Under the pieces are notes generated by a model. It searched no databases, had not been told where the DNA came from, and saw only the letters and a program-made list of their open reading frames with translations. From an uncultured Methanosarcinales archaeon (lineage in GTDB: Archaea > Nanobdellota > Nanobdellia > Woesearchaeales > DATGWN01): DNA of 60,424 bases. A program made the translations under genes and the position numbers. The stretch spans positions 1-60,424 of the forward strand of contig CAZKZU010000002.1 in assembly GCA_964557345.1 (NCBI GenBank), given 5' to 3'. Shown here piece after piece: positions 1-9,800 of this stretch (position 1 is the first letter of the stretch; each line of letters starts with the position of its first letter).

Positions 1-293
1 AAGCTTAAGCCTCCGTGCCAAATTTTAAGCATTTCAAGAGGATATTTAAAATAAAAAGATGGGTTATAAAACAAAATTTCAAATATTCTAGCGCCAAGGA
101 TAGTCGATATCATTAATCCGATTAGAAAATTTTCAACATCATCCTTTTTAAAATTCAAAATGTGCTTCTTTTGACTAATAAATCTCAAAAAAAAGTAGAA
201 GAATAAAAGGGCTGCCGCATAGACCATGCCATAATATCTTATTTCCAAATTAAAAAAGTGAAATGCAACTGGGTTTAAATCATAAATATACAT
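1..293 (-). CDS. lgt: Prolipoprotein diacylglyceryl transferase (Lgt), N-terminal part; the gene runs off the left edge
   Basis: Manual reverse translation from the ATG at 293-291 gives MYIYDLNPVAFHFFNLEIRYYGMVYAAALLFFYFFLRFISQKK...DDVENFLIGLMISTILGARIFEILFYNPSFYFKYPLEMLKIWHGGLSF. It is colinear with the bacterial Lgt blocks as I recall them from E. coli (HWYGLMY, EVENLL, LGGRIGYVLFYN, W.GGMSFHGG). The ORF is absent from the track because it is truncated by the window edge. Confidence 0.8.
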   Translation of the reverse strand, partial: MYIYDLNPVAFHFFNLEIRYYGMVYAAALLFFYFFLRFISQKKHILNFKKDDVENFLIGLMISTILGARIFEILFYNPSFYFKYPLEMLKIWHGGLS

Positions 294-375
294 ATATTTT
301 AGCTAGATACAGTAATTAATAAATATATCGAGTTAAGATATAGGTAGGAGCGCATCAGCCGAATTGAATGATATA

Positions 376-383
376 TTTATAAA
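376..383 (+). promoter_or_regulatory. TATA box (TTTATAAA) about 22 nt upstream of the ATG at 405, implying a leaderless mRNA
   Basis: The same palindromic octamer TTTATAAA recurs 21-26 nt before several start codons in this window. Confidence 0.5.
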
Positions 384-404
384 TATAGTAAGTAATTCAG
401 TTGC

Positions 405-944
405 ATGATACAATCAATACTTATAGGAGCTTTAATAATCTTAATACTCTTTATTGTTTTTAGCGCTATTACAAAAGTTATTGGCTTTTTTTTCAAAATT
501 GCGATTTTTTTAATAATAATTATTTGTTGCATTTTTGGAATGTATTATTTTGAATATCATATCTTAAATTCATCATCAAATTTAACAATTTTAATTTCAA
601 ATGAAGATAAAATAATAACTGGATCAAATTTTCAAGAAAATAAAATAACTACTCTAAATGAAACAGAAATAAAGAACATTAATTATATCAATACTAAAAA
701 CAACAATTTTACAATAATATATTATCAAAATAATAATAGTGATAATAATAATGTTGCGATCAATACGACCACAATAATAATTGGAGGAAATTATACTGTA
801 GAAAACAATCCCTTATTAAATTGCGATATTCAAATAAATAGTGTGAAATGTATTAAAAATATACTTGCTGCTTCGAAAGCAAATGACGTACATATAATAC
901 CTAAAAGTAGACTTAGCAGTATTTTTGAATTACTCCACAAATAA
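405..944 (+). CDS. Hypothetical membrane protein with two N-terminal TM helices and an Asn-rich extracellular part
   Basis: Hydrophobic N-terminus ILIGALIILILFIVFSAI... and IAIFLIIIICCIFGMYYF, followed by many N-x-S/T sequons. A TATA box lies at the correct distance. No recognisable family. Confidence 0.5.
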   Translation: MIQSILIGALIILILFIVFSAITKVIGFFFKIAIFLIIIICCIFGMYYFEYHILNSSSNLTILISNEDKIITGSNFQENKITTLNETEIKNINYINTKNNNFTIIYYQNNNSDNNNVAINTTTIIIGGNYTVENNPLLNCDIQINSVKCIKNILAASKANDVHIIPKSRLSSIFELLHK

Positions 945-1015
945 TTATATTATAACGTTAAAAATCATTTGAAAATGTTAATTTTAAAACATAAAACAAC
1001 AAAAAAAGAGGTTGT

Positions 1016-3763
1016 ATGAAATCAATTAGAGCTATTTTAATAATATTAATAATTATAATCCTATCGCAAGTAGCTTTCGGATCAATATCTTATATCTGGG
1101 TTGCTAGCGGAGATTCGTTTAATGTTGATGGATTGAGTTATTCTTTATATATACAAGATACCGGTAGCACTCAAAAAATACTGCTTAAAAATATGGTGAC
1201 GCCAGATAAATCAGAAATTGTTTCTGTTGGAAATTGTATTAAAACCGACTATAAAAATGTGTGTTTCATCGAAATGAACTATTCATTAGATAGATACGGG
1301 GTAAAAAATTACAGGGTTCTTGTTGGATTAGAAGAGATATTCATAGGCATGAATGGAAGTATAGCTAATACAAATATTACTGCGTATGTTCTTGATACGA
1401 AAGAGATTCAAATTAATCTAGAGCCACAAGGAGAAATGGATTTTGCTAATTTCACACTTGCCCTGCCAAAAGAATTAGAGATTAGCAATGAGAATGGATG
1501 TAATATTAAAATAGAAGATAATCAAACTGTTATTTACTCAAATCAAAATAATCCTAAATATAACGAGTCTTGTATTTTCGATATCACTTCAAAAGAACCT
1601 TTTAGTGCAGATATATCAGGTAAAATTGTTTCTAAATATAAAGATAAAGAAAAGATAACGTATTTATTGCCTGTGAAAATTAATTTTATTGTACCATATA
1701 CATACACCTATGTTATCGAGTCAATTAATCTTTCAAAACAATTTAAGATGAATTTCACTTTTCAAAATCCGACTGAGAAAGAAATAATTTTTAATAACTT
1801 AGCATTCAATGTTCCTACAAGTATATATAGTCCTGATGCTCATAGCATAAGCGAATTGGGTTCTAAATATTATGCTTTACAAAAAAAATTTAATATCAAA
1901 CCAAATGAAAGTGAAAATATAACTTTAAACTTAATGTTATATAACGAAGGAAATTACACTATTCTTCTTTTACCTGAATACGAATATGACGGAAATATTT
2001 TCAATAAAAAACATTTAGACACAATAAGTTTAAAATATGGAAATACAACAACGAGTACTGAACTAAGCACTCTTTGTACAAATGAAAGTATTGTATTTAA
2101 TTCAACATATAATTCATCAACAATATATTATCCTGGAGATGAAATTGATTTTAACATTTATGGTCAAAGTAATATAAGTGGAAATATAAAAAATGTGACT
2201 GTTGATTTATATGATAATGGGAAAAAAATAGCTACTAGATTCATAGATGTAGTTCAAACACAAGACAAATTTTTAGTTTCTAGAATGTATAAAACTATCC
2301 CTGATTTTGAAAGTAATTTAAATTATGAGGCGAGATTTACTTTTAAGTGTTATTCAGCGGTTCTTAAATCATATAATGTATTTAGCGGGAAATATAATTT
2401 AAATGTTGTAGTTGATAAAAATACAAGTATAGATGTACAAAAAGAAATGCCTGGTACAATTAGTAAAGGGGAAAAAATAAAGGTGACAGTGAATGTGTCT
2501 AATACGAAAGAAAGATTCATTAGAAACATCAGTTTGAAAGAAGTAATCCCTTCTGATTTTAACACAGAGGGAATTACTGAGAGAACCATTTCCTTAGGAA
2601 ATTCCACTGAAGAAGCATATTCATACTATTTAGAATATTTAGGAAACCAGGAGAAAGATTATACTATAAAAACTCTTGTTTCATATAACATAGATAATAA
2701 AATAACAACTAAAGAAATAGAAAAAATGCTTTCAATAGTTAAACAAAATGCATCAAATAAAACAGAGAGTACTTTTTCGGTTAACCCCGCGTATATTAAT
2801 GAACCACTAGAAATAACTTATCAAATAAAAAATATTGCTGAAGAAGAAATCAAAAATATTGAGTTTAAAATAAAAGATGATGAAAACTATGATGTAGAAG
2901 TTAACAACGACTATTTTATCTCATCATTAACTCCTAATCAATCTGTATCAAAGAAATTTTGGATAATTCCTAAGAAAGAGAATATATCACTATTAACTAC
3001 AATAGAATTTGAGGGTAGACTTAAATCAGATGATAGGAATATAAGTGTAAATGTAAAAAGAACGAATATTGCAATTCCAAAATATGGTTTAAGCGTATTT
3101 AAATTACTTAATGGCTCCTCCAACTTAACTGCTAATATAACTAATGACTATGATAACAATGTAACTATTTACATATTCGGAAAAGAAAGTATTGTTGCCC
3201 CGGATGCTAACGAAATTGTAACCACTACATCCTCCGAAGAAGAAATACCTAATTTAATATATTATGTTTTCAACACATCGTACGCAACACTTCCTTATTC
3301 GAAATCTTTTTCAGTAGAACAGCCAGTTATAGTTCCAATTAATGTAACTGAAAATAAACCAAGTGAAAATATAGAAATTCCAGTTCCCCCTCAAAATGAT
3401 ACAAAACAAATAACCTTAGAAAAAGTAAAACCGCTTTCTCAATTGCAAATAATCAGCTACGTTTCTGTGATTGCAGTTATAATTTTTGGAATTATATTTG
3501 GAATTATAAACTTGAAAAATAAAGCCGCTTCTTCAAATAATAGAAAAAAAAACTCAGATAATAATTCGCCTAGTGCAAATTACAATAATAATAGTGCTAA
3601 TAATGATAATAAGACTAATTCTAGCATAGATAAACAAAAAAATATCGACTCGCTCTCAACAACAGATGATCAGAAAGAGATACCTACTCTAGATGTTTTT
3701 AATTTTAATGAGTTCGATAAATTAAAGGAAAAAGTTGATTCCACAGATAAGAATAAGAAATGA
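1016..3763 (+). CDS. Large surface-anchored protein (signal peptide, N-glycosylation-sequon-rich ectodomain, C-terminal TM anchor, Asn/Lys-rich cytoplasmic tail)
   Basis: N-terminal MKSIRAILIILIIIILSQVAFGS and C-terminal helix ISYVSVIAVIIFGIIFGIINL followed by NNRKKNSDNNSPSANYNNNSANNDNK. Dozens of NxS/NxT sites. No enzymatic motif. Confidence 0.7.
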   Translation: MKSIRAILIILIIIILSQVAFGSISYIWVASGDSFNVDGLSYSLYIQDTGSTQKILLKNMVTPDKSEIVSVGNCIKTDYKNVCFIEMNYSLDRYGVKNYRVLVGLEEIFIGMNGSIANTNITAYVLDTKEIQINLEPQGEMDFANFTLALPKELEISNENGCNIKIEDNQTVIYSNQNNPKYNESCIFDITSKEPFSADISGKIVSKYKDKEKITYLLPVKINFIVPYTYTYVIESINLSKQFKMNFTFQNPTEKEIIFNNLAFNVPTSIYSPDAHSISELGSKYYALQKKFNIKPNESENITLNLMLYNEGNYTILLLPEYEYDGNIFNKKHLDTISLKYGNTTTSTELSTLCTNESIVFNSTYNSSTIYYPGDEIDFNIYGQSNISGNIKNVTVDLYDNGKKIATRFIDVVQTQDKFLVSRMYKTIPDFESNLNYEARFTFKCYSAVLKSYNVFSGKYNLNVVVDKNTSIDVQKEMPGTISKGEKIKVTVNVSNTKERFIRNISLKEVIPSDFNTEGITERTISLGNSTEEAYSYYLEYLGNQEKDYTIKTLVSYNIDNKITTKEIEKMLSIVKQNASNKTESTFSVNPAYINEPLEITYQIKNIAEEEIKNIEFKIKDDENYDVEVNNDYFISSLTPNQSVSKKFWIIPKKENISLLTTIEFEGRLKSDDRNISVNVKRTNIAIPKYGLSVFKLLNGSSNLTANITNDYDNNVTIYIFGKESIVAPDANEIVTTTSSEEEIPNLIYYVFNTSYATLPYSKSFSVEQPVIVPINVTENKPSENIEIPVPPQNDTKQITLEKVKPLSQLQIISYVSVIAVIIFGIIFGIINLKNKAASSNNRKKNSDNNSPSANYNNNSANNDNKTNSSIDKQKNIDSLSTTDDQKEIPTLDVFNFNEFDKLKEKVDSTDKNKK

Positions 3764-3814
3764 AATGATTCGAACTGCTGTAGAAAAATAAAAATAATAG
3801 AATCTAATTAAACT

Positions 3815-5716
3815 TTATTTAAGTCGTATTGCTTCTAAGTTTTTAGGAGCAACAGTTTCAACCTTATACAATTTATGTAAAGAGGATGCTAAATCAAGAC
3901 ACCTAGAGCTTTCTCCGTGATTAATTATTACTTTTTTAGGGGAAGGAGAACATTTCTTAATGAAATTTAATAATTCAGATCTGCTGCTGTGACCGGAAAG
4001 TCCTTCTAAAGTTTGAATCTCCATATTAATTGTTACCAACTCAGATTTTCGTCCATTAATGCTACACATTATTTCTTTTTCACCTTGTTGAACTCTTCTT
4101 CCAAGACTACCTGGGCCTTGATAAGATGTAAAAATTAAAGTGTGTCTTTTATCTGGAGCTAAAAATTCAAAGTACTCTTGGGATGCACCACCAGTAAGCA
4201 TTCCAGAAGTTGCAATTATAATGCAAGACCCTTGATTTTCTAATAAATCAGTTCTTTCTTTTTTACTTCCAATTCTTTTAAACATTGGGTCCATAAAAGG
4301 ATTATCATTATGTTGGAAAATTTGATTTTTTACAGTTTTACTTAAATACTCCGGATAGGCCGTTGTTATTGCGTTAATATCCCAAACCATACCGTCGATA
4401 TAGATAGGAATTTCTTTAAGTTGCCCGTCTTTAATTTTATCATATAGAACTAACATTACTTCTTGTGCTCTACCAACACCTAATACTGGAAGAAGAACTT
4501 TTCCTCCTCTATCAACAGTTTCAACTATGTGTTTCATAAAATCTTCTTCCATTACTTCTTTTTCAGGGAAGACGTTATCTTTACCACCATAAGTAGATTC
4601 AATCATTAAACTTTCAAGTCTTGGGAACTTAGTTACTGCAGCACTTAATAATCTGGAGTTTGCATACTTTAAATCTGCCGTATATAAAAAGTTATGAAGT
4701 CCATTTCCAATATGCAAATGAACCATTGAACTGCCTAAAATATGACCTGCATTATATAATGTAATTCTAATGTCAGGAGTTATATCCGTAACTTCTTCAT
4801 AATCTAAAGTTATTGTATGAAGAACTGTTTTTTTCACATCTTCTCCGCTGTATAAGGGATCAAGACCTTGTCCTGCCATTATTTTTATCATATCTAATTG
4901 CAATAAAGACATAATATCTCTAGTTGGATCAGTACAATAAACCGGACCTCTATATCCGAATTTAAATAAATACGGTAAAAAACCGCTATGATCTAAATGA
5001 GCGTGACTAATTATTATTGCATCAAGTTCATTAATATTAAATTCTGGCGCTTCTAAAATTGGATATGCCTCACTGCCAGATCCTGCAGGGTTTATTCCAC
5101 AATCTAAAAGAACTTTACTCATTGGAGTTTGAAGAAGTATTGCGGATCTACCTACTTGACGGCCAGCACCTAGAATAGAAAGTCTAACCCATTCTTCCTT
5201 TTTACCTTTTACCCAACCCTTGTAAACACTTTCCCCAACTGAATTTAAGAATTTTCTTCGCTCGTCGTTATTTTGATATAAAACACTTCTTATGTCTTCT
5301 ATTAATTGAGATCTAATTCCAGGAGTTCTTCTTACTAAAGGGGTCCAGTTCGTTTTATCTTTAATTTCTTTCAATATAGAGCCTTGCTTTCCCATAGCAA
5401 CACTTGGATTTTCAGATTCAATTATTACTACAGAACGTTGAACATCAAAAATAACTTGTTCTGCTGTTGCGTCTTCAGGAATTATATGATTGATAATTTT
5501 TTTACTTTTTTCAATATCTAAACAAATAGAAGGGTCTGCACGTAATTCAACACGTTTTTTTATTTTATTAACTATATCTTTTATGAGTTGAGTTCCTTCA
5601 GATAAAAAAACTTTATCTTTAGTGTATAGAACAACATTCGCACCTTCTAAAACTGCATCGCAAATTTTCCCAGAAGGAATATCTTTCATTATTTCTTTGA
5701 TTATTTCTGATACCAT
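3815..5716 (-). CDS. aCPSF1-type RNA-processing/termination ribonuclease (KH domains + metallo-beta-lactamase + beta-CASP)
   Basis: 633 aa. N-terminal KH-like region, the HAHLDHSG metallo-beta-lactamase motif, a beta-CASP region and the C-terminal INHGE block. Length and architecture are typical of archaeal CPSF1. Confidence 0.9.
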   Translation of the reverse strand: MVSEIIKEIMKDIPSGKICDAVLEGANVVLYTKDKVFLSEGTQLIKDIVNKIKKRVELRADPSICLDIEKSKKIINHIIPEDATAEQVIFDVQRSVVIIESENPSVAMGKQGSILKEIKDKTNWTPLVRRTPGIRSQLIEDIRSVLYQNNDERRKFLNSVGESVYKGWVKGKKEEWVRLSILGAGRQVGRSAILLQTPMSKVLLDCGINPAGSGSEAYPILEAPEFNINELDAIIISHAHLDHSGFLPYLFKFGYRGPVYCTDPTRDIMSLLQLDMIKIMAGQGLDPLYSGEDVKKTVLHTITLDYEEVTDITPDIRITLYNAGHILGSSMVHLHIGNGLHNFLYTADLKYANSRLLSAAVTKFPRLESLMIESTYGGKDNVFPEKEVMEEDFMKHIVETVDRGGKVLLPVLGVGRAQEVMLVLYDKIKDGQLKEIPIYIDGMVWDINAITTAYPEYLSKTVKNQIFQHNDNPFMDPMFKRIGSKKERTDLLENQGSCIIIATSGMLTGGASQEYFEFLAPDKRHTLIFTSYQGPGSLGRRVQQGEKEIMCSINGRKSELVTINMEIQTLEGLSGHSSRSELLNFIKKCSPSPKKVIINHGESSRCLDLASSLHKLYKVETVAPKNLEAIRLK

Positions 5717-5909
5717 TTAATTTCCTTTTTTTATCAATTTTGATTTTAACAGTTGATAATTTTAGTTATTTACCTAATCCACCCTTATTTTTGTTAATAA
5801 ATTATACCTATATGTTTGCACATATTTGTGCTAGCGTTTAAACGCATCTTAATTATAGACGTTATTGTAAAATAATACTAATAGTAATAGTACTAGTAAA
5901 AATAAAAAA

Positions 5910-6542
5910 TTATTTCTTTAAACCTGTATTAATTATCTCATCTGCTTCAAGATTAGCGCCTTTATCAGTTATAGAGTATATTAAGAATCCATTTCCTGAC
6001 GCAGTATCTCTTTTTAATGCTACATCGATTGCTCTTTTTGCTAATTCAACCCCTTCTTTAATATTTAGGTCTTTAGAATAACTATCTTCTAAAACACTGA
6101 TTGCAAATGTTCCACCAGAGCCATCTGCTGCAAAAGTATTCACTTCTAGGTTTGAACCCGCAGGATTTATCTCGAATATATGTGCCCCTGTTCCGTCCAC
6201 TCCGCCTACAATAAATGCAGTTATTGGAACCATCATACTAGGAGTTCTAAAATTACTATAAACAATATTGGTTAATTGAGATACAACTTCTTTGACCAGC
6301 ATTTTTCTGCCTAAATGAAGTTCATTTAATTTTATTTCAGAAGACATTACTTTTAGTAATCTTTGAATTTCGGCAACATCGCCCGCGATTGCAACTAAAA
6401 TGTTGCTTGTTAATTTAACTACTTTTGAATATGTAGTATTAACTACTTCGTGTCCTGCAGTAACTCTCTTGTCAGCTGCAATTATTACGCCATCTTTACA
6501 TTTTATTGCTAAAGTTGTAGTTCCCGTTTTTAGATCTTTCAT
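5910..6542 (-). CDS. psmB: Proteasome subunit beta
   Basis: MKDLKTG/TTTLAIKCKDGVIIAADKRVTAG: a short propeptide followed by the catalytic Thr. 210 aa, Ntn-hydrolase fold pattern. Confidence 0.9.
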   Translation of the reverse strand: MKDLKTGTTTLAIKCKDGVIIAADKRVTAGHEVVNTTYSKVVKLTSNILVAIAGDVAEIQRLLKVMSSEIKLNELHLGRKMLVKEVVSQLTNIVYSNFRTPSMMVPITAFIVGGVDGTGAHIFEINPAGSNLEVNTFAADGSGGTFAISVLEDSYSKDLNIKEGVELAKRAIDVALKRDTASGNGFLIYSITDKGANLEADEIINTGLKK

Positions 6543-6649
6543 CCAAACTCTCCAGAATAATACATATTGGTTATAGAAGGGTATTTATAAATCTTACGAA
6601 ATCTAATTAACATCAACTATTACTTCAATTATTATTGAAATATATATCC

Positions 6650-6795
6650 AGGCACAGAACTTTTTGACTTTTGGCCAGCATCCGTCCTCGTTGCACGCTG
6701 TCCGTATTCGACAGTTCTGCTTCCCCGCAGGGGGCATCCCCCGCAACGAACATACTGTCATCATAAATAGTACTGCGGTTAAGATGCAGGCCAAG
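6650..6795. ncRNA. GC-enriched intergenic island with nested helices; candidate structured RNA of unknown class
   Basis: Visibly GC-rich against the AT-rich background. Long-range pairing 6671-6682 (ttggccagcatc) with 6782-6793 (gatgcaggccaa), 11 of 12 pairs. Inner helix 6688-6694 (tcgttgc) with 6743-6749 (gcaacga). Hairpin ctgtc-cgtattc-gacag at 6698-6714. Hairpin ggggg-cat-ccccc at 6730-6742. Strand undetermined. Confidence 0.35.
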
Positions 6796-6824
6796 AGTAG
6801 ACTATTACCAAAATATACTTAATA

Positions 6825-6832
6825 TTTATAAA
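6825..6832 (+). promoter_or_regulatory. TATA box (TTTATAAA) upstream of the giant surface-protein gene
   Basis: It lies 19 nt before the ATG at 6851 and 31 nt before the second in-frame ATG at 6863. The true start may therefore be 6863. Confidence 0.45.
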
Positions 6833-6850
6833 TGAAAAACCAAATGAGTT

Positions 6851-9800
6851 ATGCAAGGTAGAATGATAAAATTAGATAGGATACAAAAGAGCGGTAAACA
6901 ACTAAATTTAGGGCTCTTCTTTTTCATGATATTATCTATAACTATATCGCTATTAACATTAATTAGTACTGAAGTAAACGCTACATCAACATGGGGTTGT
7001 TGTGCAGATACTGTTACTGGATGTAGAAATGTTTACACAACCGCGCAAATCCAAGATTGTGTAAATAGCCACTATGCCTTTGAGGGAGATAAATCTTGTT
7101 TTCCAATTGCATCTAATCCTGGGCTTAATATAACTACAAATCCTGTTTGTAATCAAGTGGGGTGCTGCTGTTTTAATGATGGAACGTTTAGTGCTAGAGT
7201 CACAGGACAAGCGTGCCTGTCTTTATCAGGAACATTAAAACAAGGAACTGATTGCGGAGTTGTTTGTAATTCAGTTGTTCCAATTAATACTACTTGCGCT
7301 AGCCTAGGGGGATCCTGGTGTAACTCGACGTCAAAAGCAGCGGGTGCAATCGCAATAACAGGAATTACTGATTACTCAGGTAAACCTGGAACTGAGTATA
7401 CTTGTTATAATCTTCAATGTACAACCCCTGCTAATAATTGTCAAAAAGGAAATAGTAGTTATGAAATATATTGCTTGGACGGAATCAATAACGACCAAGA
7501 TTGTAGTACAGATGTCGCAGATACTGATTGTCAAAATAGCGTGGGTGGATTTGTTAAAAATCAATACGGAATTGGGATTTCTAATGTAAAAATAAAAATA
7601 GTGAATAAACTCGCTAATGTATTTGGAAAAGACGAAATATTTTATACTTATTCGTCAGGGAATTTAGGGACTCTTTTTTATCAAGGATTATCGAAAGGAA
7701 ATTACGATGTTTTTGTAGATGATCCAATATATACTAATACTAATTCAATAAGCGGATTTACAATAGATGAAAATACTAAATTTATTTCAGGAATTCAAAT
7801 AACAGTAGTTCAAAAAAATTCATATAAATTGAAAGGGAATGTAGTTAGCAATAATGGTAGCGCAGTTGTTGGCGCCTTAGTTGTATTAGACAATAGTGAG
7901 TATAGCGCATACACAAATTCAACAGGCGGCTTTGTGATTGAAAATGTTAAAGCGGGAAATTATTTTGGAATTGCGTACAAGACAGAATATATTTCATCAA
8001 TTAGAACTCCGACATCAGTAGGACTTGGAAAAGAAAATTATTTAGCATTACAGCTTAGAACTGGAGACTGCAGTACGAGTCCTTCTGCACCAAAAATCTC
8101 GTCTATTAATAATGTTAAAGGAAAAACGGACATAATACTTAATTTTAATTCGAATAATTGTACCCCTAACTCGTATACTATTTATAGGTGTAATAAAGCG
8201 ATTGGATTGTGTAGTAATTCTTCGGAATATACTCCGGTTGCAAATGCAGGAGCAGGAGTTATAAGTTATTTAGATAGCGGACTTTTCTGGAATACTACTT
8301 ATAATTATATTGTTCTAGCAAATTATGGAACTGGTAGCTCAATGAAAAGCGTAGCTTCTTTGCCTGCAAGTATAAATACTGGAAATGAGAATTGTAACGG
8401 AGTTATTAATTTCAATAAGCATTGTAATTATAATTTTATAACTTTGTCTGGGACTAAAACTCTTAGCTCTAGCACAGTATTTTATTGTAATGCTAATAAT
8501 AGCATAACCACTGTTGGTAGTTGTACAAATAATTCTAAATGTACTGAGGATCCTTCTATCTCAGGAACAGATACTGCGTATTGTAGACAAATAGATAATT
8601 GCAGTCCTTTAAGTAATAATTATTTTGGACTGTTTTTTGGAAATAATTTTAATAATAATGCTTGCCAAGGACAAAGTAATCAAAAATTTTGCGCCCTAGA
8701 TAATTCTATAACAAACGTAAACGCTTGTAATAATTGTAAAGACTATACAACTTGTGTTGATTATAAAACTGAAAATGCATGTAATGTTAATAATTGCGGG
8801 CTTGGAAGTTGTGAATGGAAAACAACAGATTCTACATTAAAGTTAGGAATTTGTATTGATAAAATTAAATCTAATTGTGATTCTTGTACTGATGTTTTTA
8901 ACCGAGTATTTGGTTCATGTAATTCTGATGTGTGTAATTCTTTAGGTAATTGTAGTTTTAGTAAAACTAGTGGTGCTTGTAATAGTTGCAGTGCTACTTC
9001 ATGTTATGATTATGATGGTGCAAACTCTTGCGGCAATTCGCCTTATGGAGCAATAAATCTAAAAACAAATGCGGTAATTATTGCACAAGATACTTGTAAA
9101 ATAGGTGTTTGCGCTTGGAATCCTACGGTAAGTGATGGAACTTGCTTTAAAGATGCTGACGCTGACGGAAGAGATGATTGTGAAAGTGCCTCGATAATAT
9201 TCGGGGCTAATGGAACTAATGCGTACACACAAGATTATTGTAAAAAAGACGTATTGCCTCCTGAAACAAAAATATTGCTTAATAAAAAAAGTTTTAATCC
9301 TTCTGGACCTATGAACGGAAAAATTACTGCTACTTTTAATTCATTAGATAGAGTTTCTAATTCAGATGCGTTTAGAACTAAAATCTTTGGAGTAAAGGAG
9401 GTTTATTTCTGCATCGACGATGTTGCAGGAAATTATTGTAAAAACACAAAACAAAACTATAACACTGTACCAAAAGTAGATGGAAATTATCAGATCGACA
9501 TAAGTGGTGGAACATATGTTGCATTAGGAATTGGAAGTAATAAATATTATCTAAAAAGCGGTACAAATATATTAAAATATTATGCTAAAGATTATGCTAA
9601 TAATATGGAAATTGTAAAATCAGAGGAGTTTTACGTTGATACTTTCCCTCCCGCGCTAAATGTTTCTTTTGTTAAATTCCCAGATATGGTTAGTGGAACT
9701 TCGGATGTATCCATTTTTGTCGAAGCAGATGAAGATGTGTATTGTTATTCGGAACAAGCGGATTGTAATGTATACGGAAATTGTGATAATAATAAGTTTA

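Noticed and set aside
6603-6794. 63-aa minus-strand ORF spanning the GC-rich island
   Set aside because: Its composition is atypical for coding sequence in this genome, and the region folds into nested helices. I have no evidence for translation, so it is treated as a candidate RNA instead.
6650-6795. Calling the GC-rich island an SRP (7S) RNA
   Set aside because: Only a loose resemblance, ggggaagcag after a hairpin on the minus strand. The loop CTGC is not GNAR, the 5' asymmetric-loop motif is absent, and the element is about half the length of archaeal SRP RNA. The class is left unassigned.
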